Origin: Vicugna vicugna
Lineage: Eukaryota
Direction: 5' to 3'
Length of the DNA: 38,830 nucleotides
NCBI GenBank assembly: GCA_013265495.1
Contig: MU057703.1
Location: 1 to 38,830, forward strand
Shown: piece by piece, positions 32,179-38,830 of the stretch
Numbering within the stretch: the first letter of the stretch is position 1
Layout: each line of letters starts with the position of its first letter
Translations under genes and position numbers: made by a program
Notes under the pieces: generated by a model
Database searches by the model: none
Told to the model about the DNA's origin: nothing
Seen by the model: the letters and a program-made list of their open reading frames with translations, nothing else

Positions 32179-33275
32179 TGTCAATAAAATCACCTAAACT
32201 GGGAATGGGCATTCCTTATACCAGGGGACAAGTTGGTTATGAAATGCCTCCCAAATTTTGGTAGAAATTAAGACCAAAAGGGAAATAAAATAAAGGCTAT
32301 TGCCCATTATCTTGTTCTACAAGAATTAAGTCATTAGCGACTGAAGGCGCTGACTTGCAGAGCGTCCTGAAAGAAATTCAGGGCAAAGATCAGGATGAAG
32401 TACTTTGTGCCCTGAAAAAACTGGCATAATTGGCCTTCAGATAGTTAGATATTTTCAGGAGAAAATTTTGTGAACCCAGTTTCTTGCATCTTCCCATACT
32501 TGGAAAAGCACTAAAACCATTAACTAAGATCTCTGTTCCTAGCGCCTAGCAGCAACTTTCTACTGAGATGCGTGCTTGATTGCACACACGACTTCGCCAA
32601 AATCACATATATACTGGCCTCCCACTTTACCTCTTTGGAACAGTTCTCAGAGATCTCTGAGAATGTTCTCCAGGTTATAATCCTCAGATTGGGGCTAGAG
32701 TAAAATTTTCCATTTCTTTCTTAGGTTGACTATTTATTTATTTATGTATTTTATTAAAGTATAGTCAGTTTACAATGTTGGGTCAATTTCCAGTGTACAG
32801 CATAATATTTCAATCATACATATATATACATATATTCCTTTTCATATTCTTTCTCATTATAGTTACTACAAGATACTGAATATAGTTCCCTGTGCTGTAC
32901 ACTAGAAACTTATCTATTTTATATGTAGTGGTTAGTATTTGTAAATCTCCAACCCCCAATGTATCCCTTTCTGTCCCCTTTACCCACCAATAACCACAAG
33001 TTTGTTTTCTTTGTGTAAGAATCTGTGTCTGTTTTGTAAATTAATTCGTGTCTGTTTTTTTTTTTAGATTCGACATACAAGTGATATCATATGTTATTTT
33101 TCATTCTCTTTCAGGCTTACTTTACTTAGAATGATTATCTTCAGGTCCAACCATGCTGAAAAAAATGGAATTACTTTATTCTTTTTTACAGTTGAGTAGC
33201 ATTCCATTGTGTAAATATATCACAACTTCTTTATTCCGTCATCTTAGATTGACTACTGATTCTTTTTTTTTTCTT
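32179..33275 (+). mobile_element. ERV1-type LTR interrupted near its 3' end by L1
   Basis: 'ggaacagttctcagag...ggttataatcctcag' block is shared with the LTR at 37052-37447; start approximate. Confidence 0.6.
32733..33241 (-). mobile_element. 5'-truncated L1 3' end with 14-bp TSD
   Basis: (TTTA)n tail and 'aagtatagtcagtttacaatgttg'; TSD TCTTAG[G/A]TTGACTA at 32719-32732 and 33242-33255. Confidence 0.88.
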
Positions 33276-33458
33276 TTTTTTTTGGTCCGTAGGCTAGGTC
33301 CAATTCCAGGAGTATCTAACTAGAAGTCAGAGAACACTGACATACACTGAAGTTCTGCCTGTAGGGGAATCCAATTAGGAGCCAAAGTTAGAATTTGGGA
33401 GATAAGATCCCTGTCCCACTCAGTCATGATCTTTGAAAATCCATACCCAAGGTCTAGT

Positions 33459-34295
33459 TGATATTGCAACTTATAAGAAATACATATTTGGTTTTGGATC
33501 CTGTTCCTGGCACAGAACTCCTAAAGCCTAAGTGATGAGGATTTACTCAGTGATGAGAGGTACAAGGGTATCTAGTGTTATGCTAATGAGGCAGCTTTGG
33601 GAAGACACCTAAGGATGGGGGCTTTTGACTAGACGAACCAACCATGTAATTAGAGAGTTGAAACTTTCAGTTCCTCCCTACCCCATACACGAACCTTTGA
33701 GTGAAAGGAGTGGGGCTGAAGACTAATCACAAATGATAGATGATTTAATCAACGATGTCTATGTAATAAAGGCAGCATCAAAACCCAACTGGATGGGGCT
33801 CTGAGAGCTTTCTAGTTGGCTAACACGTGGAGATTCAGGGGGAATGGCAAGCTCAGAGAGGTCATGGAAGACCCTTCCCACACACCTGCCCTATGCATCT
33901 CTTCCATCTGGTTATTCCTGAGTTATGCCATTTTATAATAAACTGATGATCTAGTAAGTTAAATGTTTCCCTGAGTTCTGTTGAGCCATTCTAGCAAATT
34001 AAACCAAATGGTCATCTCAGCAGATGCAGAGAAAACTTTGGCAAAATTCGCAGGAGGAGAAGGGCCTGGAAATCTCTGATCTCCAGCCAACCAGTCAGAA
34101 GCACAGGTGACAGCCTGAATTTGTAATTGGCATCTCAAGTTGGGGAGGTAGGGCGTCTTGTCAGACTGTGCCCTTAACTGTGAGATCTGGGGCTGTCTCC
34201 AGGTAGTATCAGAGTTGAGTTGTAGGGCATCCAGTTGATGCTTGGTGGTGTAAGAAAAAAATCTTCACACATTGTAATTGCTGACCAGAATCTTA
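33459..34295 (+). mobile_element. MER21-like LTR
   Basis: 'ttcctggcacagaactcctaaa...ccctatgcatctcttccatctgg...gtttccctgagttctg...gtcagaagcacaggtgaca'. Confidence 0.85.
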
Positions 34296-34714
34296 GACGT
34301 AGAGATTACTGTAGTACCAAATAATCAAAATACAAAAGTGGGAAGAGGAAAGAAGAGAAACAGAGAAAAATTATACCGGAGTTCATACCTGATCTACTTG
34401 ACTTTCTCACCAAAAGGAAACATTAAATTTTATACCTCTGATTGTCTTAAATAAAATTGTATAGGACATATAAAGAAATAAACCTTGTCCTAGCTCTGGA
34501 CTATGAGAAAAAATTTTCACCAGATTATTAGAGTTCATTTTAATCTTTTTGAAAAGAAATAGGTGTGGAGAATGTAAATATTATGAAGGAAATTATATGC
34601 AAAAACTGTGCTTGTTTAAATAAGTTACTCTGATAGTTTATTAGGAATGAATGCATTTCAAGAAAGGAGGTAAATGCTTATTCTATTCATGCCTCATTGT
34701 AATTATTATTTATT

Positions 34715-35190
34715 CTTTCATTTACTTATTTGATAAAATTTAACTGAGCATCTACCCTTTGCCATGTCCATGAGCCTGTTCTTATATTCATGAATGGTTA
34801 CAAGACGTGATTACAAAGGAAATAAAAAAGGAACTTACTTTAAATATGGCATAACATAAGATGTCTTCAAGCTGAGGTTAGAAATGAGACCTGAAAGATG
34901 AGAAAGTGCCAGCCATGCTATGAGTAGTGAGAAGAGTATTATGGATAGAAGAAACAACATGGAGAACCTTAGCATTTTCAAAACCCCTCAAATCAGCTCA
35001 TGTCACTTAATTTATTAAGGCAGAGAGTATCCTAAGATGAGATCAGAGGACAGTAGGTGCCAAATATGTAAGGCTTCATAGGTCAAAGTATGGCTTTTGT
35101 ATTTTATTCTAATTTTACTTTGTGAGTATGTATGTATTTATAGAACTTGGATGCTATGTGGAGAATGAACTGGAAAACGGGCAAGAGAGG
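34715..35190 (-). mobile_element. L2 LINE 3' fragment
   Basis: 'tttaactgagcatctac...tgagacctgaaagatgagaaagtgccagccatgc'. Confidence 0.6.
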
Positions 35191-36315
35191 AAACATTTAA
35201 ATGCTAAGCTTAGTATTTATGCTTTAGGCGTTCACAGGAAGACAGTTATGGCAGAAGCAGCCTTTGGTTTATAGATGAGTGTTTCTCCTACTATTACTCA
35301 GCGAAGTGTTCCTGTATTCAGGTAGCAACAAAATCACAGCGGCTTGCAGGTAAATATGCAAACTCCAAAATTATCTAAATATGTTTATGTCTTCCCTAAA
35401 CTCTCAATTTCTCTTCATTCATCTTTAAGTCAGTAATCCAGCTAATGAGTTGGTCATAATTCAGCCAGACACTATCAAGCTGGACTAGTCATCATCTCTG
35501 ATAAAGAGCAGTGAAACATAAAAACTGGCATTCTCTCCCTGCCAAGGATAAATTATTGTAAATGTCTGCGTAAAAATAAAAGTTTAGATTTCCCTTCACT
35601 GAAGATCGGACTAAGAATTCATTTGGAAACGAAGAAAATATTTGCACAATAAAAGCAATTAAAATAATAAAAGTTCAGAGATATTTTGCTGAGAAGGCTG
35701 GATTTCAAGGGCTAAGTGAACTTAACAAGAACCTAGACTGTAGCGTAAAGTAGGTTCCAAGTCCATGCCAGACCTAACTTTGAGTGGTTAGTAATCAAAT
35801 TCAATGATGTCGACAACTGAAACATGACAGAAGAACTTCATTCATTTGTAAAAATAATACAATAGTTAATACTTTCCAGTGCTTTTACTTAAATTTATAT
35901 ATTTTCAGTCTTTAGAGGTATTTAAAAGAATTAGGATTTATTCAGCTTTATTAAAAAACAGAAGACCAGCAAGTGTACATTTGAAGGACTTTAGAAACTG
36001 TTTTATCCACTTCCTGGACAAGCAAAGGAACTCTCTAGAGCGAAAGTGTGGCAGGTTAATTTATTTCACATTGACCCAGCAACTAATGTATGCAATATTC
36101 CTGAAATCTTTGACTATTGCCATGGCAGGGCTAAGAAAGAGGAAGGCCCCTGTGGCTTGTATCTTCAAAACTTCTTCAACATCTCTGAAAGCTTTGATGT
36201 GCATTTCTGCAAAGGTCTCTCTTGTTACCAGAAACTTATTCTGTTTAATTAAAAACTAACAAAACGTAGACACTAACAGCAAATCAGCAGGCAGCAATGG
36301 TGATTCATAATTCAG

Positions 36316-36602
36316 GGTCAAATTTAGCCACGACAGTAGTATAGAAAGAAAATGCCTTTTTGAACACCACGTTTGGCATTTTAATGAGTGAAATTAGCAG
36401 GCAGTTCTCACACATAAGCAAATAATTGAAGAATGAGTGTAGGGTATACAAGTGATTCACGAGGTCAAATTTAGACAGTAGTATAGAAAGAAAATGCCTT
36501 TTTGAACACCACGTTTGGCATTTTAATGAGTGAAATTAGCAGGCAGTTCTCACACATAAGCAAATAATTGAAGAATGAGTGTAGGGTATACAAGTGATTC
36601 AC
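36316..36602. repeat. Two-copy tandem duplication (129 bp identical core)
   Basis: 36332-36460 matches 36474-36602 by direct comparison. Confidence 0.95.
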
Positions 36603-36874
36603 ACTCAACGTTATCTTTTCCACACTGTTTATTCCTCTTTTTGCAGATTAATTGACCTATTTCTTTTGGTGCGTGCCCTTTCAGAAGGAAATGCTTTATG
36701 CTAGATATTCTTCTTCAGTCACAAAATGTGAAGAGTTAGACCAACACTTTCTTTTTCAGTCTTTTTCTATTTTCTAGTTACCCTAAATATTTAAGCATTC
36801 TCTTCTAAATAATCATAGGGAAGAACTTACATTTTTCTTGAACATGCTTTTCTGTGTGTCATAATTTTTCCTTA

Positions 36875-37047
36875 GTAAAAGGTACAAAATTTCAGCTATA
36901 GGATGAATAAAGTCTAAGGATCTAATACGTAACATGGTGATGACAGTGGATAATACTATCTTGTATAATTGAAACTTGCTGAGAGTAAAACTTAAGTGAT
37001 TTCATACACACACAAAAAAAGGTGAATGTGTGAAGTGATGGATATGA
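36875..37047 (+). mobile_element. L1MA-type 3'UTR fragment
   Basis: 'ggtacaaaatttcagctataggatgaataaagtctaaggatctaatac...gaaacttgctgagagta'. Confidence 0.8.
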
Positions 37048-37051
37048 CCAT

Positions 37052-37447
37052 TGTGCATCTGCATCACACATTAATCAGAGCTCCTCAAAGATGGGAGTGC
37101 CTGCTCCACCATTTTTTTTCTTTCTTTCTTCTGATGCTAGCAATGTAATTTCTTAAAAGAATAGCATTCTTTTCCAGCAGTGTAGGGGATCATGGTGACT
37201 TGCTGCTTACTTCGTACATATTTACCTGGATTATGTATCCTTGGTGAACTTTATGTAAAATATTAGTTTGTCATTTTGATATACAATCCTTTGTCTCTAA
37301 TACGTATGTGACTGTGTTCTTGACTTCTAACAGGTGGAACGGTTCTCAGAGCTGTCTGGGAATCTGCTTCCTGGGTTATAATCCTCAGTTTGTCTCAAAT
37401 AAAATTCCTTCTTTTCTTCTTGATAGTGAATTGAATTTTTGTCAACA
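37052..37447 (+). mobile_element. ERV1-type LTR
   Basis: AATAAA near 37398 and terminus ...gtcaaca; 3' half similar to 32635-32730; start approximate. Confidence 0.65.
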
Positions 37448-38830
37448 CAGCAAAATTGAGCAGAAAGACGAGTGCATTCCAATGTACCTGCTGCTTTCAC
37501 CCCATCCCCTCAACCCCCATCCTCCTCCGCTATCAACATCCTGCACCAGAGTGGTGCATTTGCTAAACTGATGAACCTACAATAACTTATTTTTATCAGC
37601 CAAAGTCCATAAATTGTATCATGCTTACTCTTGGTATTGTACATTCTATAGATTTGGAAAAATGTGTAACAACATTTTTATCTCTGTTATAGTATCTACA
37701 AAATAATTTCACTGCCCTAAAAAACTTCTCTGTGCTCCACCTATTCATCTCTCATTCCTGACTGCCCTCTGGCAACCACTAATCTTTTTACTGTCTCCAT
37801 AATTTTACTTCACTTGGCAGTATGCATTTAAGGTCTCTCTGTGTCTCTTTATGGCATGATAACTCATTCTTCTTTAGCACTGGATAATATTCACTGTCTA
37901 AATCAACCACAGTTTATTTATTCATTCACCTACTGAAGTGTATCTTGGTTGCTTCCAAGTTTTGTCAATTATGAATAAAGCTACTATAAACATCCATGTG
38001 CAGGTTTTTGTGATGGCATGAGTTTTCAGCTCTTCTGGGTAAATACCAAGGAGCATGATTGCTGAATTGTATAGTAGCAGTATATTTAGTTTTGTAAGAA
38101 ATTGCCAAACCATATCCCAAAGTGACTATATCATTTTGCATTCCCACCAACAATGAATGAGAGTTCCTGTTGCTCCATATTCTCATCAGCATTTGCTGTT
38201 GCCAGTGTCCCAGATTTTGACCATTCTAATAGGTTGGTAATGGTATCTCCCTGTTGTTTCAATTTGCATTTCCCTGATGACATATGATATGAAGCATGTG
38301 AGCACATGACATATCCTTTCACATGCTTATTTTCCATCTGTATATGTCCTCTGATGAGGTGTCCAGCTCATTTGGTCATTTTTTAATTGGGTTATTTGTT
38401 TTCTTGTTGTTGAATTTTAAGTTTCTTTGCATATTTTGGATGAGGACTTTTATCAGATGTGTTTTTTGCAAGTATTTTCTCTCACTCTGTAGCTTGTCTT
38501 TTCCTTCTCTTGACATTGCTCTTCACTGAACATGAGTTTTTAATTGTAATGAAGTTCAGCCAATCAATAATTTCATAGTTTGTGCCTTTGGTGTTGTATG
38601 TAAAAAGTCATCACTCTAGCCAAAGTCATCACTCTAGCCAAAGTCATCTGGATGTTCTACTCTGTTATCTTTTAGGAGTTTTATAGTTATGTGTTTCACA
38701 TGTAGGTTGATTATTTATTTTGAGCTAATTTTTGTAAGGTGTGTAAGGTCTGTGTCTATAGTCATTTTTTCCTAATATGGATTGCTAATTGTCCCACAAT
38801 TATTTTTTGAAGAGACTCCCTTTTCTCCAG
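37448..38830 (-). mobile_element. L1MC-like LINE, 3'UTR and ORF2 end, running off the window
   Basis: Minus-strand ORF 37922-38113 (LLGIYPEELKT...CTWMFIVALFIIDKTWKQP) is L1 ORF2 C-terminal; 'caccagagtggtgcatttg' resembles the L1MC 3'UTR. Confidence 0.9.
38604..38648. repeat. 18-bp tandem repeat x2.5 inside L1
   Basis: (AAAGTCATCACTCTAGCC)2 AAAGTCATC. Confidence 0.9.

Noticed and set aside
35879..36259. Longest ORF in the track (126 aa)
   Set aside because: GTG start, AT-rich composition, no recognisable family or supporting exon structure.

Overview
Mammalian genomic DNA, AT-rich. A camelid-like cetartiodactyl is my tentative guess from the L1 3' ends and the absence of Alu, B1, Bov-A and PRE-1 SINEs. 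The window holds the 3' part of the gel-forming mucin gene MUC19 (porcine/bovine submaxillary apomucin orthologue) on the + strand; the gene enters from the left edge. From about 398 to 16771 there are about 40 short (36-54 nt) Gly/Ser/Thr-rich exons. Nearly all are phase-1/phase-1 and a multiple of 3 long, and they fall into repeated modules. About 30 keep AG/GT or AG/GC splice sites; about 11 have broken splice sites, mostly GT>AT donors. Eight exons (18287-25047) join in frame into an intact VWC-type Cys-rich region plus an 11-Cys C-terminal cystine knot, followed by the stop and an AATAAA. The rest is intronic or intergenic repeat (L1, L2, MIR, Tigger/MER2, solo LTRs). Notable structures: a frame-neutral exon cassette array with fossil exons, two 5'-inverted L1 insertions, a TSD-bounded L1 3' transduction, a short L1 ORF2 fragment inside a MER21 LTR, and a near-perfect complex tandem duplication. 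I see no evidence of a wholly new gene system. Repeat family names come from recall of consensus sequences, and their boundaries are approximate unless TSDs are given.
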